Virus record (IMG/VR): IMGVR_UViG_3300046717_000073
Location: 1 to 44,200 of that record
DNA length: 44,200 nt
Origin: a virus
Lineage: Duplodnaviria; Caudoviricetes
Strand: one strand, 5' to 3'
In this document: positions 16,175-24,181 of the stretch, in pieces
How positions within the stretch are numbered: position 1 is the first letter of the stretch
How the letters are laid out: the number at the start of each line of letters is the position of its first letter
The notes under the pieces: model-generated
Database searches by the model: none
Told to the model about the DNA's origin: nothing
What the model saw: only the letters and a program-made list of their open reading frames with translations
Position numbers and translations under genes: made by a program

Positions 16175-16381
16175 TTACTTAATGGAGTTGACTATACCAG
16201 TCAAACCATCATTTACTGCTGTTGGCAACTTGGGAAAATTAGAAACAAGCAGAATTCCCATAATTGCTCCAGCTACAATCTGTGCTAGCTTCCATCCCTG
16301 CTTGGCGATCATGATCCAAATAAACAGACCCATGAGACCAGCAGTTCCAAGAAATGTCAGTATTGCTTGTACGATATCCAT
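16175..16381 (-). CDS. Small two-TM membrane protein
   Basis: Two hydrophobic helices; upstream TTGACA-N18-TAAGCT. Confidence 0.7.
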   Translation of the reverse strand: MDIVQAILTFLGTAGLMGLFIWIMIAKQGWKLAQIVAGAIMGILLVSNFPKLPTAVNDGLTGIVNSIK

Positions 16382-16455
16382 GTTTACCCCTAGAAAGTTC
16401 TTGTCGTTCTCTCTTGTAGAGAAGCTTACTAGGTGTACTACCGAGCTGTCAAGTG

Positions 16456-16707
16456 CTACCCCATCTGCAAAGCTTTAAACATCTTACTAGAAACAACACT
16501 AATAGTACTATTATCTATGTCCCTGCATACAAACCAACCTGGATTAGTAATAGCAGGACCATCAAGTGTAATTACTATTAATTGATTACTGTATATACTA
16601 ACTACTTCAGAAAAATTATCCAATAGTTCGTCAAAATTATCTCCCGTCCATTGGATAGCTTGAATATTTTGCTGCTTTAACTTATAAGTATTCAAATTAT
16701 TCTCCAA
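16456..16707 (-). CDS. Hypothetical phage protein
   Basis: IQAIQWTGDN...LDGPAITNPGWFV; the longer ORF overlaps a tRNA so start moved to TTG. Confidence 0.55.
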   Translation of the reverse strand: MENNLNTYKLKQQNIQAIQWTGDNFDELLDNFSEVVSIYSNQLIVITLDGPAITNPGWFVCRDIDNSTISVVSSKMFKALQMG

Positions 16708-16726
16708 ATGAAGCTGGGCTGCAAAG

Positions 16727-16805
16727 TACTCCCTGTCAGACTCGAACTGACACCCCGAAGGACCAGTTCCTAAGACTGGCGTGGCTACCATTACACCAAG
16801 GGAGC
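16727..16805 (-). tRNA. tRNA-Leu(TAG)
   Basis: CCAGT-CTTAGGA-ACTGG, variable arm. Confidence 0.9.
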
Positions 16806-16813
16806 ATATTTAG

Positions 16814-17242
16814 CTAATATACAGACCAACCCATTTGTTGTCTAGTGCGTCTAAAATGACAGTTTGCGCAACGTATTTCACATTTAGCTATTTCTTTAGC
16901 TAAAGTTTCGGTAGAACTACTTAAATAATTAGCTATACGACCGCCACGCTTATTTAGCATCTCTATATGATCAAACTGAAGTACTTCTATATCAGGCTCA
17001 CCGCAGTCAACACACGGATGCTTTTCTAGATAATCTGTAATAAAGGCCTTATTTCTAATAATATATGTAGGCCTATTTATTTTAGCTCTTGCTTTATATT
17101 TAACTGAATTATTTTTATAGTGCTCACGACCATATTCACGCATGCACTTTTTACAATAAGGTTGATACTGTTCTTTTTCTTTATTTTTTATCCCAAATTC
17201 GGATAAATCTTTTTCTTCACTGCACTTAGAGCATATTTTCAT
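16814..17242 (-). CDS. HNH endonuclease
   Basis: CSKC, CKKC, CVDCG...LQFDH...CANCH. Confidence 0.85.
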   Translation of the reverse strand: MKICSKCSEEKDLSEFGIKNKEKEQYQPYCKKCMREYGREHYKNNSVKYKARAKINRPTYIIRNKAFITDYLEKHPCVDCGEPDIEVLQFDHIEMLNKRGGRIANYLSSSTETLAKEIAKCEIRCANCHFRRTRQQMGWSVY

Positions 17243-17260
17243 AGTTCTAAGTGTATCACG

Positions 17261-17341
17261 TACTCACAGTCGGATTCGAACCGACACGACCGAAGTCAAC
17301 GGATTTTAAGTCCGTCGTGGCTACCATTACACCATGCGAGC
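17261..17341 (-). tRNA. tRNA-Leu(TAA)
   Basis: ACGGA-CTTAAAA-TCCGT, variable arm. Confidence 0.9.
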
Positions 17342-17347
17342 ATAAAG

Positions 17348-17421
17348 TACTCCGAGTCGGACTTGAACCGACACTAGCATAGTTTTTGAAACTATGTCCT
17401 CTGCCTTTGGGATACCGGAGC
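17348..17421 (-). tRNA. tRNA-Leu(CAA), short variable loop
   Basis: ATAGT-TTCAAAA-ACTAT. Confidence 0.82.
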
Positions 17422-17663
17422 ATAAGTGGAGGTCTGGATTCTCAATCCAGTTCCACTACACAGGTCTTTAGCGTTACTCGGATCATATCTTGGCTTTTAT
17501 TGTACCCCGGAAGTACCTTCCGAGTCAAGACGACCGTGCCAGGAGTTACTGTGCAGAACCTAAAAACAATGCTATGGATAAAGACAGGAAGCACCATAGC
17601 ATCTATGTTTCAAGCAGGAAACCTCTCCGTTGCCTGTCCCGCATTCTCCTAGCAAGAAACAAG

Positions 17664-17735
17664 AGCCCCTTCCCGGATTCGAACCGAGCACTTGGCTTTA
17701 CAAGAGCCGCGCTTTTCCTAATAAGCTAAAGGGGC
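17664..17735 (-). tRNA. tRNA-Thr(TGT)
   Basis: GGCT-CTTGTAA-AGCC. Confidence 0.88.
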
Positions 17736-17742
17736 AAGAGCC

Positions 17743-17771
17743 ATTGTACTAGCCCAATGGCAGGCTGTCAA
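17743..17771 (-). promoter_or_regulatory. Internal promoter in tRNA array
   Basis: TTGACA-N17-TACAAT just upstream of tRNA-Thr. Confidence 0.7.
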
Positions 17772-17791
17772 CTTTGGTGAAACCAAATAAC

Positions 17792-18106
17792 TTACGCAGT
17801 ACCTGTAGTAATAATTACCCAGTCTGTTGTGTCATTGATAGTAAAGTCGATTGGAAGAGAGAAAGTACTTCCGTTCATCTGAACTGTCCACAACACAGAT
17901 GTATTCGTTACAGGGTTACCACCACTGTCAGTTCCTGGTGGAACATCAGCAGGGATCAACTTACGAACAATAGGATACTGGGCACCACCAGTTGTAGGTG
18001 TTGGATATACGTAGCTGTGTCCATCTGCACACATTACGCCTACAACCTGCGTTGTACCAGCAACTAGGGAAGCTACCTTAATAGCTGTTGGGGTTGCAAA
18101 AGCCAT
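17792..18106 (-). CDS. Hypothetical protein
   Basis: 104 aa, T/V-rich, GAAAGG RBS. Confidence 0.65.
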   Translation of the reverse strand: MAFATPTAIKVASLVAGTTQVVGVMCADGHSYVYPTPTTGGAQYPIVRKLIPADVPPGTDSGGNPVTNTSVLWTVQMNGSTFSLPIDFTINDTTDWVIITTGTA

Positions 18107-18194
18107 AATTTAAACCTTTCTAGAAAGAACTATATTAGTTCGCTATAGCTTCTTCAGTATAAGGCATAAAGTTATTGAAGTACTCCCAGAGGGA

Positions 18195-18593
18195 CTACAA
18201 CTGGCAGTATCGTAATGCTTTACGTGTAATACCTATATCTTTTTCCAAAAATCCTACAAGGATATTACATCTCTTGCACAGAATTGCTCTTACACACTTG
18301 CCACAAGAAGTCTTTCCGGAACAGCACTTATGGTCATGATCAATCTCCGTGGGAGTACTAGTGGAGCAGAGGGCACACTTGCCTTTCTGCCTGTCCCATA
18401 GTGCTTGATAATCTTCTGGTCTAAGACGATACTTGGACCATAGAGTATTGACCTTAACTTTACTTCTATTGGTTTTCAACCATTCTCGTTTATGCTCTTT
18501 ATTACACTCTTTACACCATGCCTGATGACCTGTGCCTCTCTTGGAGAAGAAAGAAAGATCTTTACTTTTATTGCATCTGCCACATGTTTTCAT
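18195..18593 (-). CDS. Recombination endonuclease VII-like nuclease
   Basis: CALC...IDHDHKCC...CVRAILCKRCN. Confidence 0.85.
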   Translation of the reverse strand: MKTCGRCNKSKDLSFFSKRGTGHQAWCKECNKEHKREWLKTNRSKVKVNTLWSKYRLRPEDYQALWDRQKGKCALCSTSTPTEIDHDHKCCSGKTSCGKCVRAILCKRCNILVGFLEKDIGITRKALRYCQL

Positions 18594-18620
18594 GGCTTTA
18601 TTCTAGCATGGAATTGAAAG

Positions 18621-18698
18621 TACCGAAGACGGGAATCGAACCCGCGTTGACATCCTGGGTGAAAACCAGGGCACCCCTACCATCAGAGTAACTTCGGC
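18621..18698 (-). tRNA. tRNA-Glu(TTC)
   Basis: CCTGG-TTTTCAC-CCAGG. Confidence 0.85.
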
Positions 18699-18896
18699 AT
18701 GCCTACTGATGCCTTTGCCAATTAGTATGTACATACTAAGCATACCTACATCAGTAGTATCCGAGTCGAGTCCCACACATACTTCCTCGGTGTGTAGCAT
18801 CTGACAGGCAGCCTATCTCTATTTTGGCTAGCAGTCTGTAGGAACCGTTTTAATAGTCCCCCAGCGTCTTTGAGACCTGTTCAGGTGTGTTGCTAG

Positions 18897-18967
18897 TATC
18901 CCTACAGGGACTTGAACCCTGTCTAGAAGCTTGAGAAGCTTCCGTACTACCTATATACGATAGGGAC
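18897..18967 (-). tRNA. tRNA-Glu(CTC)
   Basis: GAAGC-TTCTCAA-GCTTC. Confidence 0.88.
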
Positions 18968-19140
18968 ATTAAATGGCTGGTGGTCTCATCCCTCGTGACT
19001 ACTTAGTTCCACCACGAACTAAGGTTACTCCCACCTTGGCGGCCCTACCCTTGTCTGTGCCGCTTCTCTGCTGGACTGAAGGTTGAATAGGAGTACCCGC
19101 AGCCGTAACCTTCCACTAAAAGTGGCCTATCCGTTAAACG

Positions 19141-19215
19141 CGCCCCATACGGGAATTGAACCCGCCTGATTCAAGCGTGACAAGCTTGTGACCACTACCA
19201 GCAGTCCCATGGGGC
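19141..19215 (-). tRNA. tRNA-Asp(GTC)
   Basis: CAAGC-TTGTCAC-GCTTG, G73. Confidence 0.88.
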
Positions 19216-19248
19216 AACAAAGTGCCCTTTAAGGTAGGACACGAACCT

Positions 19249-19551
19249 TTACTTATTTAAATCTGTCTCAGGCCATGATAGTGTGGCCCTTTGCTCAACA
19301 ACCGTACCATTCTGTACCAGGGCTCGGGAAATATCTCCCGATTCTTCTCCATAACGCAAGATGATCAAGTAGTTGTTGGGATAAAGCTTAGCAACCTCTT
19401 GTAAGTCTGTCAACCAGGCATACCACTTGGATGATGACAATGTCACGTTCTCTTGCCACACATCCCAGTAATATCCAGATACACCATTAAGAACATCTGC
19501 TACAAAAGGTATATCTGTTCCGTCTACTTCAAAATTTGAGTAATAACCCAT
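19249..19551 (-). CDS. Hypothetical phage protein
   Basis: MGYYSNF...KWY...GEESGD; AGGA RBS. Confidence 0.7.
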   Translation of the reverse strand: MGYYSNFEVDGTDIPFVADVLNGVSGYYWDVWQENVTLSSSKWYAWLTDLQEVAKLYPNNYLIILRYGEESGDISRALVQNGTVVEQRATLSWPETDLNK

Positions 19552-19661
19552 ACTGTTCCTAAACTGGAGTCCGAGCGAGCGCTATCTTTCCCGTCCACCT
19601 TACCTTGGCCAAAGTCATGGTGTCAATAGGGTGTTGTATCTCTGAGAGACTCGGATCAAAG

Positions 19662-19733
19662 CTGGAGATCCAGGATTCGAACCTGGACTACCGAGTACCA
19701 AAAACTCGTGGGCTGCCGTTACCCTAATCTCCA
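19662..19733 (-). tRNA. tRNA-Gln(TTG)
   Basis: CGAGT-TTTTGGT-ACTCG, U1-A72. Confidence 0.88.
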
Positions 19734-19742
19734 TTGATAATG

Positions 19743-19816
19743 CTCCCAAACCTAGATTCGAACTAGGAAGTCTCCTGATTCAGAGTCAGGCGTGTTACCA
19801 ATTACACCATTCGGGA
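19743..19816 (-). tRNA. tRNA-Gln(CTG)
   Basis: CCTGA-CTCTGAA-TCAGG. Confidence 0.9.
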
Positions 19817-19821
19817 AAGTA

Positions 19822-19971
19822 TTATGTAAATTTACCTATGTCTTTATGTCCTGTACATACCTTAACGCTTTTACCGTAGTACTCTATAGTAACTTTTGCA
19901 CTCTTACCACAAGGAGTTATATAGCATTCACCTTTTGCATTACGTTGTTCTCCAGTTGTTTTTGCTGCCAT
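19822..19971 (-). CDS. Small zinc-binding protein (49 aa, not in ORF track)
   Basis: GGAGG RBS; CYITPC...CTGH. Confidence 0.6.
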   Translation of the reverse strand: MAAKTTGEQRNAKGECYITPCGKSAKVTIEYYGKSVKVCTGHKDIGKFT

Positions 19972-19983
19972 GCTAACCTCCAG

Positions 19984-20056
19984 AGCGGTATACCAGATTC
20001 GAACTGGCGCTTACAGTTTGGAAGACTGTCGTGCTGCCGTTAAACACTAATACCGC
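19984..20056 (-). tRNA. tRNA-Gly(TCC)
   Basis: ACAGT-CTTCCAA-ACTGT, U73. Confidence 0.9.
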
Positions 20057-20070
20057 ATTGGCGGGCCTCC

Positions 20071-20208
20071 CAGTTTAACAACCTAGTCAGGACATAGCGT
20101 CCGTAGCCCCAGTTGGTATGGATTTTTATTGACCGTGCTTCCCCGCAGGGGCTAGACTTCCATGTCGTATGACCTACCATACCTCAGACACACTAGGTCG
20201 TCAAGCTG
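20071..20208 (-). ncRNA. Putative pseudoknotted RNA
   Basis: 16/17-bp closing stem with G-U pairs on - strand; crossing 7-bp helices. Confidence 0.55.
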
Positions 20209-20215
20209 ATCGAAT

Positions 20216-20289
20216 TGGAGGCGCTATCCCGAGTCGCACGGGAATCTCTGAGTTATGAGCACAGCGTGACACTCTTTCACTATAGCGCA
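20216..20289 (-). tRNA. Atypical tRNA-Met(CAT), initiator-like
   Basis: CTCATAA loop, U1-C72 mismatch, encoded CCA; T loop TGCGACT. Confidence 0.6.
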
Positions 20290-20290
20290 G

Positions 20291-20362
20291 TAGCGGATGT
20301 GAGAATCGAACTCACGACAACCCGATTATGAGCCGGGCACTCTACCACTGAGTTAATCCGCC
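20291..20362 (-). tRNA. tRNA-Met(CAT)
   Basis: CCCGG-CTCATAA-TCGGG. Confidence 0.9.
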
Positions 20363-20501
20363 AAAACATGGTTTTTTGTTGTGTTCCGCTACGGGATAAC
20401 CATGAACCCGTAAAGTATAGTGTTACCTTTTTCAGCAGACTTAGCATGCATGCTACTGAACGGCCTTAACGTGTTATCCACGTATAGGTAACTGCCTCAG
20501 G

Positions 20502-20572
20502 TGGCCCCCACCAGACTCGAACTGATATTCAGCGGGCTTCAACCGCTTGTATTTCCTTTATACGAAAGGGCC
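20502..20572 (-). tRNA. tRNA-Phe(GAA)
   Basis: AGCGG-TTGAAGC-CCGCT. Confidence 0.85.
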
Positions 20573-20651
20573 ATAATGAGTTATTACCTGGTATTGAACA
20601 TCATATCTATTATTTATTATGAGGATGTATATACGTGCTGATAACTCAAAG

Positions 20652-20723
20652 TCGGATGCCTCGGAGTCGAACCGAGTTTATCTTGTTCCCAAAACAAGTG
20701 GATTACCGTCTTCCTCGCACCCG
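20652..20723 (-). tRNA. tRNA-Pro(TGG)
   Basis: CTTGT-TTTGGGA-ACAAG, C1-G72. Confidence 0.88.
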
Positions 20724-20786
20724 AGGACTCCTAGAGGTTGGATCTTTAACGGAAGGATCTCTAGGAGTTTTTAAGGAGGTGATGCC

Positions 20787-20815
20787 ATTATAACATGTGC
20801 TCCAACAGTTCACAA
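20787..20815 (-). promoter_or_regulatory. Promoter heading the tRNA array
   Basis: TTGTGA-N17-TATAAT. Confidence 0.6.
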
Positions 20816-20818
20816 GTA

Positions 20819-21025
20819 CTACTCTTCAAACTCCATATGCGCAGAATCCAGCACAACTTCATCAGCATGCTTCGTACATAGTCGCCGGATAATACCGTTA
20901 ATATAACCAGCGGACTTAGCTTCAGATTTACAAGCCTTAATCCAGCATTTCTTATCCACGTTATTCCTTAGGAAGCTTGATGCCATTCTTGACGTGATCT
21001 CTGCAAACCTTGATCTCTTTACCAT
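20819..21025 (-). CDS. Small zinc-binding protein
   Basis: CWIKAC...LCTKH, same spacing type as 19822-19971. Confidence 0.55.
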   Translation of the reverse strand: MVKRSRFAEITSRMASSFLRNNVDKKCWIKACKSEAKSAGYINGIIRRLCTKHADEVVLDSAHMEFEE

Positions 21026-21054
21026 TATGGTACAAGATTACCGCAACTGGAGTC

Positions 21055-21294
21055 TTATTGCAACGGGTCATCCAACAGCGGTTCTGTATTCCCGTCATCT
21101 GCTTTCTCCACGACTAGTTCTATCACATCATTGCTGATCACCGCAACCGTAATATATCCAGGTTCTGATGTTGTATCCCACACTAGTCTAATGGGAGGCA
21201 AACTGTCAAGTAGTTCCTTGGAGATAGTCATATGACCTCCAAGAGTAAAAACTGCCTGAGCCAGGAATCTAGCAAGATCTTGTTCAAGAGTCAA
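21055..21294 (-). CDS. Hypothetical protein
   Basis: 79 aa overlapping operon. Confidence 0.6.
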   Translation of the reverse strand: MTLEQDLARFLAQAVFTLGGHMTISKELLDSLPPIRLVWDTTSEPGYITVAVISNDVIELVVEKADDGNTEPLLDDPLQ

Positions 21295-21523
21295 GATGTT
21301 CTCTATTCTTCAGATCATTGAGAAGAGAAATCTTGTCATCAGTGATTCTCTTAATAGTTTCTTTAAGATAAGTTATTGATTCTTCCAGGTCATTAATATA
21401 CTGCTGGGCACCAGCAGTTGCCAGAGAAACTAACTTATCCAGTACTCTTCTGTCTTGTTCTGTTTCTGAATCAAGAATCTCTGTAAGAGAGAAATAAATA
21501 GAATCATACAGTTCTTGATTCAT
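21284..21523 (-). CDS. Hypothetical coiled-coil protein
   Basis: 79 aa, GAGGAG upstream. Confidence 0.6.
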   Translation of the reverse strand: MNQELYDSIYFSLTEILDSETEQDRRVLDKLVSLATAGAQQYINDLEESITYLKETIKRITDDKISLLNDLKNREHLDS

Positions 21524-21731
21524 ATAATCCTAACTCCTCAGTCAGTTGTTCTAGTTCAGTCTGGTTCTGTAGATTATCTACCAGAGATTCCAAGACCTTA
21601 CGAATATAAACAGTAATTCCTAATCCTTGTAGTTCTGCTTGGTGATGTAAAACTACTAATGTTTCTTTCTTAAGTCTAAGACTTCTGGAAACCATAGCAT
21701 TACTAGTATTTTCCATATAGTATTTCTCCAT
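21504..21731 (-). CDS. Ribbon-helix-helix-like DNA-binding protein
   Basis: SRSLRLKKETLVVLHHQAELQGLGITVYIRKVLE pattern. Confidence 0.55.
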   Translation of the reverse strand: MEKYYMENTSNAMVSRSLRLKKETLVVLHHQAELQGLGITVYIRKVLESLVDNLQNQTELEQLTEELGLYESRTV

Positions 21732-21768
21732 CTAAGTATTTTTCTTATCTTTAGTAAGTATAAAGATA

Positions 21769-21831
21769 AGTATACATATCTGTAGTACATCTGTCAAGAG
21801 GTTGACTTTCTCTTGGTAACCAGAGTATCTA
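21769..21831. promoter_or_regulatory. Back-to-back divergent promoters
   Basis: - strand TTGACA-N17-TATACT (21797-21769); + strand TTGACT-N18-TATCTA (21802-21831) at the strand switch. Confidence 0.6.
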
Positions 21832-22046
21832 TCTGAGAAGCGAAGCTTTGAAGATAGATATCTACAAGTAAGTTTCCAGAGATGAAATCTCTTATTATTA
21901 AATACTTAGTAACTGTGTTTCGATCGGTGGTGCTTCGATCATACACTAATGATCCAAGTGTGTCTACCACTTGTGGTTCATCTCTGGAGCTGCTAGAGTA
22001 TTTCTTATGGGGAACTGGTGGGGGTACTACTAGTAAAGGTTAAATA

Positions 22047-22214
22047 ATGAAGTATAAGAATAGAGATCTTGATATTGGTAAGAAGGGTCCATGCCTGGTG
22101 CCTGGACATCCCAAAGAACATGATATGGCTTTGAATCCCTGTTGGTCAACCATGCGTTCTTACCTTTTTGACCACACATTTGAACAATACCTGAAAGCAG
22201 TGAACGACAAGTAA
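22047..22214 (+). CDS. Hypothetical protein (55 aa, not in ORF track)
   Basis: MKYKNRDLDIG... after AAAGG. Confidence 0.45.
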   Translation: MKYKNRDLDIGKKGPCLVPGHPKEHDMALNPCWSTMRSYLFDHTFEQYLKAVNDK

Positions 22215-22227
22215 GAAGGAGTACCTC

Positions 22228-22635
22228 ATGGGACATGCAACGCAGAGTTCCTACTACTCTAAACCGATAACACGAATACATGCCGACTTCGGTGGTATCT
22301 GTGCTCTCTGTGGTGAGTATGTAGAACTCATAGACGCATCCCGTGACCATATAATCCCCCGCTCAGCAGGCGGGGGTAATGGTCCGGACAACATTCAACT
22401 GACACACAAGAAGTGCAACAACCTGAAAGGAGATCAAGTATATCCGTCTGACTGGCAGGAGCAGCTTAGCCGCTTGGAAATACCCAAGGGCTACCATTGC
22501 CTTTATTGCTCCAATGAAATAACAAAGTTTCATAAAACAGACGGCTGGGTCGTAAAAACATTTCACAGAGGAAAGCCAGTAGCTTTCCATGACTGGTGCA
22601 ATAAGGACAGGATCAAGTATGGACGTTTTCAGTAA
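22228..22635 (+). CDS. HNH endonuclease
   Basis: CALCG...RDHIIPRSAGG...NIQLTHKKCNNLKG. Confidence 0.88.
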   Translation: MGHATQSSYYSKPITRIHADFGGICALCGEYVELIDASRDHIIPRSAGGGNGPDNIQLTHKKCNNLKGDQVYPSDWQEQLSRLEIPKGYHCLYCSNEITKFHKTDGWVVKTFHRGKPVAFHDWCNKDRIKYGRFQ

Positions 22636-22645
22636 GGTTTATCAA

Positions 22646-22831
22646 ATGATAACTGTTAATGAAATTCAGCAGATGAGTATGGCGGAGTATGCAGCTTTCA
22701 GGACCAAGATGCTGGAATTGAGTACTCCACTCTACCCATTTGAGGACACCTACCACTATTACCGAATGTTGTGGGTTGATACCGGTGAAATCAAGTACCT
22801 GGAAAGAATGGTGGGGAGAGTAAATGAGTAA
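22646..22831 (+). CDS. Hypothetical protein
   Basis: MITVNEIQQM..., in operon. Confidence 0.5.
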   Translation: MITVNEIQQMSMAEYAAFRTKMLELSTPLYPFEDTYHYYRMLWVDTGEIKYLERMVGRVNE

Positions 22832-23351
22832 ACCAGTAATTCTGTTGGACGTTGACGGGCCTCTGAATCCATGGAGTGCCCGTCACGGCTCTCCAGAGGG
22901 GTATACAGAGCATTTCACGCGTCCTAGGGGCTGGGAGATGGGTAAGCCTCTGAAAGTCCGTCTACGGGCCTCTGACGGCTTCGAGCTGTTGAAGCTTGAT
23001 TGTGAGCTGATATGGGCTACCGCATGGGAAGCAGAAGCGAATGAATGGATCGGACCGCATATCGGTCTGCCAGAACTTCCTGTTATTGCGTGGGTGGACA
23101 AAGACCACTGGAATATAGAGCGCCTCCACTGGAAAACCAAGAGAATAGTTCAGTGGATGAACAGATATCGTCCAGGAATACCTTTTATCTGGCTCGATGA
23201 TGAAGTAACAAAGCGGGATCGCCTCTGGATTACCGATTCTTGCGCAGAAGGAAGTACTATTTTGCTGATTAATCCAAAAACAGGGCTGGAAAACGAATAT
23301 TTCGAAAGAATTAAGGAGTGGAGAGATGAAGTTAACAGCAAGAACCCCTGA
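22824..23351 (+). CDS. HAD-superfamily phosphatase (Swiss-Army-knife RNA-repair type)
   Basis: LLDVDGPLN, WATAW, WK, WLDDE. Confidence 0.8.
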   Translation: MSKPVILLDVDGPLNPWSARHGSPEGYTEHFTRPRGWEMGKPLKVRLRASDGFELLKLDCELIWATAWEAEANEWIGPHIGLPELPVIAWVDKDHWNIERLHWKTKRIVQWMNRYRPGIPFIWLDDEVTKRDRLWITDSCAEGSTILLINPKTGLENEYFERIKEWRDEVNSKNP

Positions 23352-23648
23352 ACTGCTGGAATATGCGTTCAAACTGTTCAAGATTCCCGACCAGATCAGA
23401 GACTTACCCAAAAATATTCTCTATAAGGTTCTTTCGGACTATGGAATCCAGGCAGATCCTGAAGTAATCGACGAATGGAAAGACAGTGCTTGCTAAGCAG
23501 TTGATCGAAATATTGAATAAATTCCCTGAGTATGGGGTAGTAATGGAACTTCCCAAGATTATTGCTGATATAGACCGGGCAGAAGTAGACTGTTTCGACA
23601 GAGAAGAAGGCTTTGTATTCGTTCTCGTTCCAGGTGAAGAAGTCTGAA

Positions 23649-23816
23649 ATGAGTATGGATGACGACTGGAAAGACCAGGTTACTTTTAAGCTGGGAAGAT
23701 ACGCAAAATTCCATATTCCCACCAAAAGATGGTATCTGTTCGACAGAGACGGCAATAATATAGGCTCAGGAAGAACTATCCAGGAAATTGACAATGAGAA
23801 CAGGAAACTGACGTGA
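23649..23816 (+). CDS. Hypothetical protein
   Basis: MSMDDDWK..., GTGA overlap with next gene. Confidence 0.5.
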   Translation: MSMDDDWKDQVTFKLGRYAKFHIPTKRWYLFDRDGNNIGSGRTIQEIDNENRKLT

Positions 23817-24013
23817 GTTACGGAGAAGAATACGATCTGACTGTCTATATGGATGGTACTGATGTAAAAGCTGTGGCATCTGCGGCCAGAAGACTTGACG
23901 CTACAGCTTTCTTCAGAAATCAGATGTCCTATAAAGAATTTCAGGCAAGTATCAGCAGAACAGATGAAGAAATCTTTGCCGAAAGAGAAAAGTACCGTAC
24001 TACTGAAGGCTGA
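23813..24013 (+). CDS. Hypothetical protein
   Basis: 66 aa. Confidence 0.55.
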   Translation: MSYGEEYDLTVYMDGTDVKAVASAARRLDATAFFRNQMSYKEFQASISRTDEEIFAEREKYRTTEG

Positions 24014-24181
24014 ATAATATGGACAGTAACGAATGGTCATCCCGGGAACCACTTCCAGGAGGAAAGTCTATTGCTTATAACTACAGAACAAGGCGCTGGT
24101 ACCTCTACAACAAGAGAGGCGTACTGATTACATCCAACAGGGACAAGAAAGTACTTCTGGCATGGAGAGAGGGAGAATAAT

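Noticed and set aside
9284-20723. Suppressor or selenocysteine tRNA implying recoding
   Set aside because: No CUA, UUA or UCA anticodon found; genes end normally in TAA, TAG and TGA
23396-24052. 218-aa - strand ORF
   Set aside because: Antisense to a run of small + strand genes; no recognisable features
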